From an uncultured Acidobacteriota bacterium (GTDB lineage Bacteria > Acidobacteriota > Blastocatellia > RBC074), in assembly GCA_963796275.1 (NCBI GenBank), contig CAWCKY010000004.1:1088001-1152000 (forward strand): a DNA stretch of 64,000 bases, in the 5' to 3' direction. Position numbers and translations under genes: made by a program. Positions 55,576-64,000 of the stretch are shown one piece after another (position 1 is the stretch's first letter; each line of letters opens with the position of its first letter). The notes under the pieces were generated by a model that saw only the letters and a list, made by a program, of their open reading frames with translations, did not search any database and had not been told where the DNA came from.

Positions 55576-56808
55576 ATGAAAACATTTCTGGTGCTCCTTG
55601 CGCTTCTGATCATCGGTTGTGCGTCGGTAAAGCTATACGATGCCAAAATGACCCCTGCATTGTCGGAAGGGGAATCGACCGAATCGACGGGTTACCGAAA
55701 TCCGCGCTCCCTCAGCAAGTATGTCGATCGCCTGATGGGCGATGGCCGGAACTGGAGGCAGCATGGCGTATATGTCGAGACCCTTGACGGGTCGGAACCC
55801 GTGGCGAAACTGAACGAGGATGCCGAATTCAATCCCGCCTCGGTCACCAAATTGGCGACCACTCTGGCCGCACTCGATAAGCTCGGACGTAATCATCGTT
55901 TCCGCACCGAATTCCGAACGGACGGCGAAATCGATCGAAAAAGCGGTGAACTGGTTGGCGATCTCCTGCTGCTCAGCGGAGGCGATCCGTCTTTTTCGAC
56001 CGCTGATGCGCAGCGAGTCGGTGATGTTTTGCGAAATATGGGTATTAGGAGCGTGAATGGCTCTCTGAAAGTTATCGGCGCATTCACCTGCAATGAAAAT
56101 TCGAACACCGAAGTATCGGCCGGCGTCTTACAACGGCAGATGAAAATTCCGTTCCGCAAGGCGGCAACATACGAGGGATTCGAGAAATACGTCCCGCGCG
56201 GACGGCTCCTGTTGACCATCGAATCCGATTCGCTGTTGGAGATCGTGAGATATCTGAACGCGCACAGCGTTAATTCCATGGCAGATATGATCGGAATGCA
56301 TATCGGCGGGCCGGGAGGCGTCCAGAAATTCCTGATCAATAGTATCGGGTTGCCGAGCGATGCGGTCTATATATCGCATGCCTCAGGGTTGGAAGTTAAC
56401 CGGATGACCCCGAAGGATACGGTCAACTTGTTACGCGCATTGATGCGATGGCTCTCCAATAATAATCTCGATCCATCGGCAGTTATGGCGGTTGCCGGGA
56501 TTGATGCGGGTACCCTGCGCGGCCGTTTTGGCGGGCAATTCGCCGGCAGCGTGGTGGCGAAAACAGGGACCTTGTTCAGCACTGATCGCGGTGTCGCGGC
56601 GCTCGCGGGTATCCTATACACGCGCGACCGGGGACCGCTGCTGTTCGCCGTATACGATATGGCAGAGGGAAAGCAAGTTCCTCAACTGCGTCGGGTGCAA
56701 GACGAATTTCTCAGGGAGTTGATACTCGAATGTGGCGGCCCGGATCCACAAGCCCGACGCAAAACAGGAAATCACCGACTAGAGAGCAAGTTCACGACTG
56801 CGCTATGA
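55576..56808 (+). CDS. dacB: D-alanyl-D-alanine carboxypeptidase/endopeptidase (S13, PBP4-like)
   Basis: PASVTK (SxxK), HSVN (SxN), AKTGT; lipoprotein-like IIGC signal. Confidence 0.85.
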   Translation: MKTFLVLLALLIIGCASVKLYDAKMTPALSEGESTESTGYRNPRSLSKYVDRLMGDGRNWRQHGVYVETLDGSEPVAKLNEDAEFNPASVTKLATTLAALDKLGRNHRFRTEFRTDGEIDRKSGELVGDLLLLSGGDPSFSTADAQRVGDVLRNMGIRSVNGSLKVIGAFTCNENSNTEVSAGVLQRQMKIPFRKAATYEGFEKYVPRGRLLLTIESDSLLEIVRYLNAHSVNSMADMIGMHIGGPGGVQKFLINSIGLPSDAVYISHASGLEVNRMTPKDTVNLLRALMRWLSNNNLDPSAVMAVAGIDAGTLRGRFGGQFAGSVVAKTGTLFSTDRGVAALAGILYTRDRGPLLFAVYDMAEGKQVPQLRRVQDEFLRELILECGGPDPQARRKTGNHRLESKFTTAL

Positions 56809-56893
56809 TAATGGATAATGGATAATGGATGAATTCGTATACACCGTGGAACCAGGCTAAACGAATTATCCATTATCCATTATCCATATTATC
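56806..56893. repeat. Inverted (GATAATG)n ... (CATTATC)n array
   Basis: Spans stop codon to stop codon between dacB and mutM. Confidence 0.92.
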
Positions 56894-57716
56894 TACGCTG
56901 ACATCTCGGACAATAATAAGTCGAGCGCGATCCTTGCGTGAGGCGCCGAATAGGCGAACTACATGTAATGCATGGCAGCCCCTCACGCTCATAAACGCGA
57001 GAAATCGATTCATATCTGCCATAGCTGGCGTCGAGGTCTCCCGATTTCATATCGAACGTGCCGTCGTTTGCGATGGCTTCCGCGAGCACTGCCCGAATCT
57101 CACGAAACAACAATTCCGCGCGCGGTTTAGATACCTTGTTCGCCGGCAATCTAGGGTTTATGCGGGCGCGATGTAATGCCTCCGAGGCATAGATATTCCC
57201 GAGCCCGACTACCTTCTCCTGATCGAGCAGGGCTAGCTTGATCTGTTGCGAACTTCGCTTGAGGATCCGGTAGAGATATTCCGTCGAAAATTCATCACTG
57301 AAAGGCTCCGGCGCCAACTTACTGATATTTTTATAGCAATCCAGCTCAGCTGTACGAACGACCGCCATCACACCGAATTGACGCTGATCGTCGAAGAGCA
57401 ATTTCTTCCCGTCGTCCAGCCAAAAGATTGCATGCGTGTGGGCCGTGTTGGCCGCATCGCTATCGAGATAGATGAAACGGCCGGTCATTCGCAGGTGCGT
57501 GAGCAGCGTGCGGCCATTGGAGAGATTGATGAGAATATATTTGCCGCGCCGCCTGACCTCCTCAACCCGCGCCTCCCGCAGCCAGTTTGAGAATTGGCGA
57601 GGCGAACTCTGGGGAGACAATCCAGCTCTGAGAAGCTTTGCCTTGATGAAGGCTTTTCCTTTGATGAGTTGATGCAACCGTCGCGTGACGATTTCGACTT
57701 CGGGCAGTTCAGGCAT
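56889..57716 (-). CDS. mutM: Formamidopyrimidine-DNA glycosylase
   Basis: MPELPEVE, RRGKY, HLRMTG, GLGNIYASE, zinc finger CITC...CPRCQ. Confidence 0.97.
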   Translation of the reverse strand: MPELPEVEIVTRRLHQLIKGKAFIKAKLLRAGLSPQSSPRQFSNWLREARVEEVRRRGKYILINLSNGRTLLTHLRMTGRFIYLDSDAANTAHTHAIFWLDDGKKLLFDDQRQFGVMAVVRTAELDCYKNISKLAPEPFSDEFSTEYLYRILKRSSQQIKLALLDQEKVVGLGNIYASEALHRARINPRLPANKVSKPRAELLFREIRAVLAEAIANDGTFDMKSGDLDASYGRYESISRVYEREGLPCITCSSPIRRLTQGSRSTYYCPRCQRR

Positions 57717-57876
57717 GTCGACTGTTTAGCATGAAATGAGGAATTTAAAAACCAGACCGGACACCGCCCAGACATGCCGGGAAACTCGGGGAGGGGAAAA
57801 ATGGATGATAGGAGTCTTTCTTTTTTGTATTTTATTGCCCTCTTTGTGATTTTTGCGCGAAACGCGCGCACTCATA

Positions 57877-57905
57877 TTGACAAACCCCCTGCCGTTAGAT
57901 ATGTT
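57877..57905 (+). promoter_or_regulatory. Sigma70 promoter of the tRNA
   Basis: TTGACA-17 bp-TATGTT. Confidence 0.75.
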
Positions 57906-57914
57906 TGGTTTTTC

Positions 57915-57994
<80 letters not shown>

Positions 57995-58003
57995 TCACAT
58001 TCG

Positions 58004-58044
58004 AAAGGGACCGCGTATGCTGCTGCGGTCCCTTCTGTTTTTTT
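58004..58044 (+). terminator. Intrinsic terminator
   Basis: AAGGGACCGC ... GCGGTCCCTT followed by a T-run. Confidence 0.8.
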
Positions 58045-58291
58045 GCAGATGACACGGACGACAAAAGACGAAGATAGGGAGACGGAATCGAGTTCTTCTG
58101 ACTTCTGTCTCTTGACTCCGGAAATCCTATCTCCTCTCTCGTTTCTTGACACACCCATCATCGCAAAGTATGATGCAATCCTTGAGTTTACATAAACTTA
58201 GAAAATTACTGGGGAACTGGTAATTTGAAATGCCTCCGCAGTTGCAGGAACAATAAAATAATAAGCAGCATAGAAAGAAATACGCGGACAT

Positions 58292-58984
58292 ATGCTCGGC
58301 GGATATATTGGTGATGTTTGCCAGCGCGGGCTTGACAGTCTAGTTCGTCAGATTGCGCGCCTCAATCCGAATCCGAATCTGATCTCGGTAATCGGGCTCG
58401 GTATCAATATATTTGCCGCTCTGCTCTACGGCTATGGAAAGTTCTTTTATGCCGGATTGGTGATGATCTTTGCCAACATCTTCGATATCCTGGATGGGCG
58501 TGTTGCACGTTTGACGGGTCGCGTGACCAAGTTCGGAGCCTTCCTCGATTCAAGTCTGGACAGGCTGTCGGATATGGTCGTCTTTCTGGGCATTATTATC
58601 TTCTATTCCCGCGACACTGAATACCACAGCACGCTTTACGCTGCGCTGACCGGCGCGGCTCTCATCGGATCGGTTATGGTCAGCTACACCAGCGCGCGCG
58701 CAGAATCGCTCATCCCAAAATGCGATGTCGGATTTTTGCGGCGCCCTGAAAGAGTCGTCCTGTTGATCCTCGGATCGCTTACAGTCTGGCCACAATCTTC
58801 GCATCCATTGCTCAACAAGATGCCGGCGACAATCTGGTTGATGGCGGCGCTCTCCTATTGGACTTTTTTACACCGGCTATATCACACCTGGCGACAGTAT
58901 CCGAGATATAGAAAGTCAGGAGACGGCGCATCGAAAGGAAACGGTGAAAGCCAAGGAAAACCAGCATTTGCGTTTGGAACATGA
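58292..58984 (+). CDS. CDP-alcohol phosphatidyltransferase
   Basis: DILDGRVAR...FGAFLDSSLDRLSD; SYTSARAE; RRPER. Confidence 0.92.
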   Translation: MLGGYIGDVCQRGLDSLVRQIARLNPNPNLISVIGLGINIFAALLYGYGKFFYAGLVMIFANIFDILDGRVARLTGRVTKFGAFLDSSLDRLSDMVVFLGIIIFYSRDTEYHSTLYAALTGAALIGSVMVSYTSARAESLIPKCDVGFLRRPERVVLLILGSLTVWPQSSHPLLNKMPATIWLMAALSYWTFLHRLYHTWRQYPRYRKSGDGASKGNGESQGKPAFAFGT

Positions 58985-59077
58985 TCCTGCTTGAGAGCTT
59001 TCGGTCTTTAGTTTTCAATTTCAATGTAACCGCCCGGAAAACTAATTCTGATATCATCGCCCCTGATATGAACAAAT

Positions 59078-59965
59078 ATGGCAAATAAATCTTCGCAAAG
59101 TTCAATTGTTTGCCCGTGCTGTGGGAATCAGCGGGAAATCGCCTCAACCGAATGCTCTTCATGTGGTGCGCGCCAGGTGGGCGAGCCGCTCGCTCCACCC
59201 GATATACTATTACCGAAGCTCGGCCCTGCCCTCATCGCTTTCGCTTGTGGGCTCGTCGTCATCATCGTCTTTATCTCGGTCTGGATCTTCGGTAATGATA
59301 TGCTGGTAGGGCGGGCTCTTCTAGTGGGCCTGTTGGGCGACGGTACCAAACTGACCGAGAGACTTCTGCGAGTCGATCCGAATCTGCCTTATTATCGCAT
59401 CTTCAGTTACGATGCCTATCGGCTGGCGTCCTTCCTATCGATGGGCCTTGTCCCTCTGTCGCTTGCGGGCGTCTGGCTGGCGCGTCGCGCGATGCGGCTG
59501 AATAGAAACGATCCTTCACGATTCGGTGGGTTTTCATTGGCGAGAATCTCGTTCGCTCTCTCGGCCATCCTCTTACTGACGTTCAGCACAGTGGGGATAT
59601 CCGCAATTCCCGGAGCGATCGAAAAAGGACGGGCCAGACGCCTCGCGGCAACTCACGCTAGAATGTACCAACTGCACAGACAGGCGCTGCAAAAATATTT
59701 CAAAGAATATGGCAGTTATCCGCAGGAACTTACAGACCTCTCGCGCGTCAGCGCAGAATCAGCACCACAATTAGACTATTGGGAGCGAACCTTCAGCTAT
59801 CTGCCCGAAAGCGTCATCGCATCGAAGGGCATGGCCATCAGTTTCAGCAACTACAAACTCATTTCTGCAGGCCCTGACGGAAATTTCGGCACGGAAGACG
59901 ACATCACAATGGTCGATGGTGTAATAATCAGCGGCCAATCCGATACCGACCTGCCGGGGAAATAA
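59078..59965 (+). CDS. Zinc-ribbon membrane protein with a GspG/pilin-like C-terminal domain
   Basis: CPCC...CSSC; 3 TM helices; ALQKYFKEYGSYP, DYWERTFSY, YKLISAGPDGNFGTEDDI. Confidence 0.75.
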   Translation: MANKSSQSSIVCPCCGNQREIASTECSSCGARQVGEPLAPPDILLPKLGPALIAFACGLVVIIVFISVWIFGNDMLVGRALLVGLLGDGTKLTERLLRVDPNLPYYRIFSYDAYRLASFLSMGLVPLSLAGVWLARRAMRLNRNDPSRFGGFSLARISFALSAILLLTFSTVGISAIPGAIEKGRARRLAATHARMYQLHRQALQKYFKEYGSYPQELTDLSRVSAESAPQLDYWERTFSYLPESVIASKGMAISFSNYKLISAGPDGNFGTEDDITMVDGVIISGQSDTDLPGK

Positions 59966-60051
59966 TTGATAATGGATAATTGATAATTCGTATAGACTGT
60001 GGCAACAATTTATACGAATTATCAATTATCCATTATCAATTATCCATTATT
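59961..60051. repeat. Inverted (GATAATK)n ... (MATTATC)n array
   Basis: Spans the stop codon to the accC ATG; core similar to 56806-56893. Confidence 0.92.
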
Positions 60052-60053
60052 TT

Positions 60054-61559
60054 ATGTTTCGCAAAATACTGATAGCCAATCGCGGTGAGATAGCGGTTAG
60101 GTTGATCCGCGCGTGCCGCGACCTTGGCATCTCACCGATAGCTGTTTATTCGGAGGCGGACCGCCAGGCTCTGCACGTTCGTTTGTCCGACGAGGCCTAT
60201 TTCATCGGAGAGTCGCCCGCCTCACAAAGTTATCTCGTCGCCGACAAGATTATCGATGCTGCGCGCCAATCAGGTGCAGATGCGATACATCCGGGTTATG
60301 GCTTTCTATCCGAACGAGGATCGTTTGCGCGCGCAGTCGCAGAGGCTGGAATTACATTCATCGGCCCATCTCCCGAATCGATCGAACTGATGGGCGACAA
60401 GACCAGTGCGCGCATCGCGGCTCGCAAGGCCGGCGCTCCTATCGTTCCCGGGACGACGCAGCCTATAACCAGCGAAGCCGAGGCCCGCAAGCTGGCCTCC
60501 GAAATCGGTTTCCCGGTTTTGCTCAAAGCGTCGGCCGGCGGCGGCGGCAAAGGGATGCGCACGGTTCGTTCGGCTGAGGAGATAAGCGCCGCATTCTCTA
60601 TGGCCGGCGCAGAAGCGCTCTCCGCATTCGGCGATCCATCGGTTTACATCGAGAAGTTGATCGAGCGGCCCCGCCATATCGAGATTCAGATCATTGGCGA
60701 CCAGCACGGTCATATGGTTCATCTGGGTGAGCGCGAATGCTCTCTCCAGCGACGCCATCAGAAAGTGATCGAGGAATGCCCCGCTAGCTTCAATGACCCG
60801 GATCTGCGTGAGCGAATGGGCGCGGCGGCGATTAAGATTGCGCGCGCCGCCGATTATTACAATGCGGGCACGATCGAATTCCTCGTGGATGTGCATAAGA
60901 GTTTCTACTTCCTCGAAATGAATACGCGCCTGCAGGTGGAACATCCTGTCACGGAACTGGTCACCGGGATCGATTTGGTGCGCGACCAGATCAGAATCGC
61001 CGCGGGCGAAAAATTGGCATATCAACAGAAGGACGTGAGGTGGATAGGTTCGGCGATCGAATGCCGGGTTTATGCGGAAGACCCCGATCAAAATTTCCTG
61101 CCCTCGCCAGGTAAGATTTCACAATTGAAGACCCCGGCCGGGCCCGGCGTGCGTGACGACAGCGGCGTTTACGAAGGATGGGAGGTCCCGATATTCTACG
61201 ACCCGATGATTTCGAAATTGGCTACTTGGGGAGCGAGCCGCGACGAAGCGCTATCTCGTATGAAAAGGGCGTTGAGCGAATATCTGGTCGGCGGAATTCG
61301 CACGACAATCCCCTTTTTCGAAGAAGTGCTGGAGGATGATGAATTTCAACGCGGCGAGATCGATACGGGATACATCGGCAGATTTATCGAACGAAAGAAG
61401 CTGAGAAGCGTGGAGACTGACGGAGAGATCATAGATCAGGATATTGTCGCCGCCATCGTCGCCGCTCAAAATTTCATGCAAAAATCGGCCCACGTGGATG
61501 TAACGGTTAAACGTACGAGCAGATGGAAAACAGCCGGCAGGCTGGCTGCGCTGAAATAG
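60054..61559 (+). CDS. accC: Biotin carboxylase subunit (acetyl/propionyl-CoA carboxylase)
   Basis: KILIANRGEIA, HPGYGFLSE, GGGGKGMR, ERECSLQRRHQK, EMNTRLQVEHPVTE. Confidence 0.93.
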   Translation: MFRKILIANRGEIAVRLIRACRDLGISPIAVYSEADRQALHVRLSDEAYFIGESPASQSYLVADKIIDAARQSGADAIHPGYGFLSERGSFARAVAEAGITFIGPSPESIELMGDKTSARIAARKAGAPIVPGTTQPITSEAEARKLASEIGFPVLLKASAGGGGKGMRTVRSAEEISAAFSMAGAEALSAFGDPSVYIEKLIERPRHIEIQIIGDQHGHMVHLGERECSLQRRHQKVIEECPASFNDPDLRERMGAAAIKIARAADYYNAGTIEFLVDVHKSFYFLEMNTRLQVEHPVTELVTGIDLVRDQIRIAAGEKLAYQQKDVRWIGSAIECRVYAEDPDQNFLPSPGKISQLKTPAGPGVRDDSGVYEGWEVPIFYDPMISKLATWGASRDEALSRMKRALSEYLVGGIRTTIPFFEEVLEDDEFQRGEIDTGYIGRFIERKKLRSVETDGEIIDQDIVAAIVAAQNFMQKSAHVDVTVKRTSRWKTAGRLAALK

Positions 61560-61561
61560 AT

Positions 61562-61678
61562 GCCTGATCGCTGACGCCTGATCCTTGATCGCTGACCCCT
61601 GATCCTATGGATACAATAAAGGAAAAAAAGAGGAAAAATGGCCAAAAGATTTTTGCCTTTATTGCTCTTTTTTGCCTC
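61562..61678. repeat. (CTGAYCS)n heptamers followed by an inverted 9-mer-type array overlapping the M48 gene start
   Basis: ctgatcg ctgacgc ctgatcc ttgatcg ctgaccc ctgatcc; then an A-rich arm and a T-rich arm. Confidence 0.75.
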
Positions 61679-62887
61679 TGTTGTTTCTCTTCTCTCACAA
61701 TCGCTGCAGCTCCCATCCCGGTCCCGGATCCGAGCCAAAAAGCTCTTTCCTATTACCACGGAGGCTTGCTGATCAGGTTCTTCAGCACGGCCGGCAGCTG
61801 GCTGATTCTAGGGTTAGTCCTCTTCACCGGGCTCTCGGCGCGCATCCGCGACTTGGCGCGGCGCATAGGTAAAAGATGGTTCTTCACGATCGGCATCTAC
61901 ATCTCGATCCTGATCATTATTTTTTTTGTGATCGATCTACCGCTCAGCTACTACGCCGGATATCTGCGCGAACATAGTTATGGATTATCGAACCAGACAT
62001 TCGGCAAATGGTTCGGCAATTCTCTCAAATGGCTCGTGATCGCTCTGATTGCCGGGTTTCTCTTCGCCTGGATCCCTTACCTGCTGATCGCGCGGAGTCC
62101 GAGACGCTGGTGGCTTTACACAGGATTGCTTTCTGTCCCTTTGATGGTCGCATCGACCCTGATTGCACCCATCTGGATCGACCCTCTCTTCAACGAATTC
62201 GGGCCGATGGAGAACAAAGAGACCGAAGCCAAGATAATCGATATGGCGGAACGCGCAGGCATCGAAGGCGGGCGCGTTTTCGAAGTCAACAAGAGCGCTG
62301 ATACCAAAGCGATTAACGCATATGTCACCGGCTTCGGAAACACCAAACGCATCGTACTCTGGGATACGGCGATCGATAAGCTCGATGAAAACGAACTGCT
62401 TTTCGTCATGGGGCACGAGATGGGCCATTACGTACTCGGCCACATCTGGAAATCGATCATATTCTTCTCGCTGCTCGCTATCGTCACACTCTATGCGATA
62501 GACCGAACAGCCAGATGGTTGATCAACAGGTACCATACCAGCTTCGGATTCAATGAGCTATCAGACGTTGCGTCGTCGCCGTTGCTCGTTCTTTTACTAA
62601 GCCTCTACTGCATCATCATCGTCCCGATCGCATTAACTTATACGCGTCACATCGAACATGAGTCAGACCGTTTCGGTCTGGAGATCACGCAGGACAACCG
62701 AGCTGCCGCGAATGCCTTCGTCAAACTGCAGATGGAAAATCTGGGCGTGCCGCGACCGCATTGGATATTCAAGTTTTTGCGTCATACCCATCCCACTCTT
62801 GGCGAGCGGATCGACTTCTGCAATGAATATCGGCCATGGGAGAGGGGCGAGCAGTTAAAATATGCGCATCTCATCCGAAAACGATAG
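61607..62887 (+). CDS. M48 (Ste24-like) zinc metalloprotease
   Basis: NAYVTGFGNTKRIVLWDT, GHEMGH (HExxH), EHESD, HTHPTLGERI. Confidence 0.93.
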   Translation: MDTIKEKKRKNGQKIFAFIALFCLCCFSSLTIAAAPIPVPDPSQKALSYYHGGLLIRFFSTAGSWLILGLVLFTGLSARIRDLARRIGKRWFFTIGIYISILIIIFFVIDLPLSYYAGYLREHSYGLSNQTFGKWFGNSLKWLVIALIAGFLFAWIPYLLIARSPRRWWLYTGLLSVPLMVASTLIAPIWIDPLFNEFGPMENKETEAKIIDMAERAGIEGGRVFEVNKSADTKAINAYVTGFGNTKRIVLWDTAIDKLDENELLFVMGHEMGHYVLGHIWKSIIFFSLLAIVTLYAIDRTARWLINRYHTSFGFNELSDVASSPLLVLLLSLYCIIIVPIALTYTRHIEHESDRFGLEITQDNRAAANAFVKLQMENLGVPRPHWIFKFLRHTHPTLGERIDFCNEYRPWERGEQLKYAHLIRKR

Positions 62888-62901
62888 ACGGTAAAAAGCA
62901 A

Positions 62902-63402
62902 GTGAAACTCGAACTTGAAATTGACGGAAAAATTATGGAAGCGGAGTTCAGCTCATCCGATGGTACGGCTCTGCTCTCGTACGAGGATAAGATATACCGG
63001 GCCACCGTGAGCGAACCGGAGCCCGGAATATTCGTGATCCTCTTCAATAACCGCGTCTACCGCTGCGCCCTGAACAAATGGCCGGGTGGCGGGATGGAGG
63101 TGAACGTCAGCGGCCGACGCATTCCGGTCGCCGCTCGCGACAAGAAGCACCTGCGCGGAAATCCTGGCGCAGCCATTGGCGGCGACGGTCGTGTCACACT
63201 CTCCTCACCCATGCCGGGGAAAGTGGTCCGGATATTGCACGGTGTAGGTGACGAGGTAAACGCGCACCAGGGAGTGCTGATCGTCGAAGCGATGAAGATG
63301 CAGAATGAAGTGCAATCGCCGAAAGCTGGTAAGGTGACCGATTTATTCGTCAGTGAAGGTCAAACGGTTGAGGGCGGTGAGAAACTGGCCGTAATTGAAT
63401 AG
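62902..63402 (+). CDS. Biotin carboxyl carrier (biotin/lipoyl-binding) protein
   Basis: SPMPGKVV, EAMKMQNE; GTG start inferred. Confidence 0.92.
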   Translation: MKLELEIDGKIMEAEFSSSDGTALLSYEDKIYRATVSEPEPGIFVILFNNRVYRCALNKWPGGGMEVNVSGRRIPVAARDKKHLRGNPGAAIGGDGRVTLSSPMPGKVVRILHGVGDEVNAHQGVLIVEAMKMQNEVQSPKAGKVTDLFVSEGQTVEGGEKLAVIE

Positions 63403-63420
63403 GTGTTTGTATAAAAAACT

Positions 63421-63489
63421 ACCGCAGATTCCGTAAAAGAGCGCACAGTGTTCTCCCCTCCTCTACACTCTTTTATGGTATCTGCGGCG
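63421..63489. terminator. Long imperfect hairpin after the carrier gene
   Basis: ccgcagattccgtaaaagag ... ctcttttatggtatctgcgg. Confidence 0.5.
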
Positions 63490-63775
63490 TTCAATGACCC
63501 TTCAACAGGTAGTCCGAATATTTTGCTGCTGAGGAAAGCTTATTCCATCTTATAGCTCATCTAATTGAGCTTAAATGCCCATCTCACTATCATATCTATC
63601 GCTCTGTCACGCGTAATGTAATCCAATTAATTCTTTACGCATGCGAAGTAGGTCACAGAAGCAATGTGATAATGATCACAGTTCTGTTACAGGAATCGCG
63701 AATCGCGGCTTATGGAAATAGATACGGAGTTTTTGATAGCCCGCGAAGCGGGCGACAGCATAAAGCTGCTTTATC

Positions 63776-64000
63776 ATAGGGGTAGGAAGAGTCGATGGGT
63801 TCGACTCCCCTCCCTCCGAACCGGACGGGCGATTCTCCCGCATCCGGCTCTCCAGTCGGTGGTTTTACCTCCGAGAGGATTGACACTGTTTCGCATGGGC
63901 AGATGCTAACGAGAACAGCCCTTGCGCTTCAAAGTAGGCGTTTGGCCATCGCTGATGATCGAGACCTCGTACGCGTCCGTGTCTCCCTTGTCGGTGGCGC
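63776..64000 (-). mobile_element. Group II intron, 3' portion (domains V and VI)
   Basis: Minus strand DV GAGCCGGATGCGGGAGAATCGCCCGTCCGGTTC (AGC triad; 63818-63850), then GGAGGGAGGGG, DVI GAGTCGAACCCATCGACTC...CCTACCCCTAT ending in AY. Confidence 0.9.
63865..63999 (-). CDS. Group II intron RT/maturase, C-terminal 44 aa (partial)
   Basis: Manual translation RHRQGRHGRVRGLDHQRWPNAYFEAQGLFSLASAHAKQCQSSRR*, stopping just before DV; typical end of an intron-encoded protein with no endonuclease domain. Confidence 0.8.
   Translation of the reverse strand, partial: RHRQGRHGRVRGLDHQRWPNAYFEAQGLFSLASAHAKQCQSSRR

Noticed and set aside
58074-58150. Weak heptamer-like tract (tcttctg acttctg tctcttg) after the tRNA terminator
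   Set aside because: Too degenerate to call confidently as a member of the array family.
63790-63822. tRNA-like T-arm GGGTTCGACTCCC
   Set aside because: No D-arm or anticodon arm; it is the reverse complement of group II intron domain VI.
63712-63909. 65-aa plus-strand ORF
   Set aside because: Antisense to intron DV/DVI and a REP-like hairpin; no protein features.

Overview
A 64-kb stretch of bacterial chromosome, moderately GC-rich with AT-rich intergenic spacers. An ADOP-type duplicated ABC permease, planctomycete/acidobacterial-type PQQ-propeller proteins and the overall gene repertoire suggest Acidobacteriota (inference). It holds about 50 mostly housekeeping or envelope genes: serA/serC with DUF1015, etfB/etfA/ETF-QO, miaA, mutM, pcm, pruA, dsbD, a PpiD-like chaperone, accC with a biotin carrier, a serpin, a pilD-like peptidase, tRNA-fMet, and a sigma54-controlled MFP/ABC/two-component locus. 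Main points of interest: (1) More than a dozen intergenic spacers are filled by inverted arrays of 7-mer (and some 9-mer) tandem repeats. The units differ but the architecture is shared; the arrays often run flush from stop codon to start codon, and several have been read into proteins (a Cys-Ser tail on MiaA, a signal-like peptide on an M48 protease). (2) A five-gene cluster built around an EhpF/GriC-like lid-less adenylating enzyme, with a CxxC-bearing GT4, a LolD-like ATPase, a 1143-aa FtsX-type permease and a beta-propeller, of unknown function. (3) GTAG-type REP/REPIN elements. (4) The 3' end of a group II intron, not called in the ORF track, next to a REP-like palindrome at the right edge. 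(5) Twin sigma54 promoters sharing a 38-bp putative enhancer. Two single-base frameshifts (pruA, pcm) may be assembly errors. All protein assignments come from motif recognition by eye; no database searches were run.
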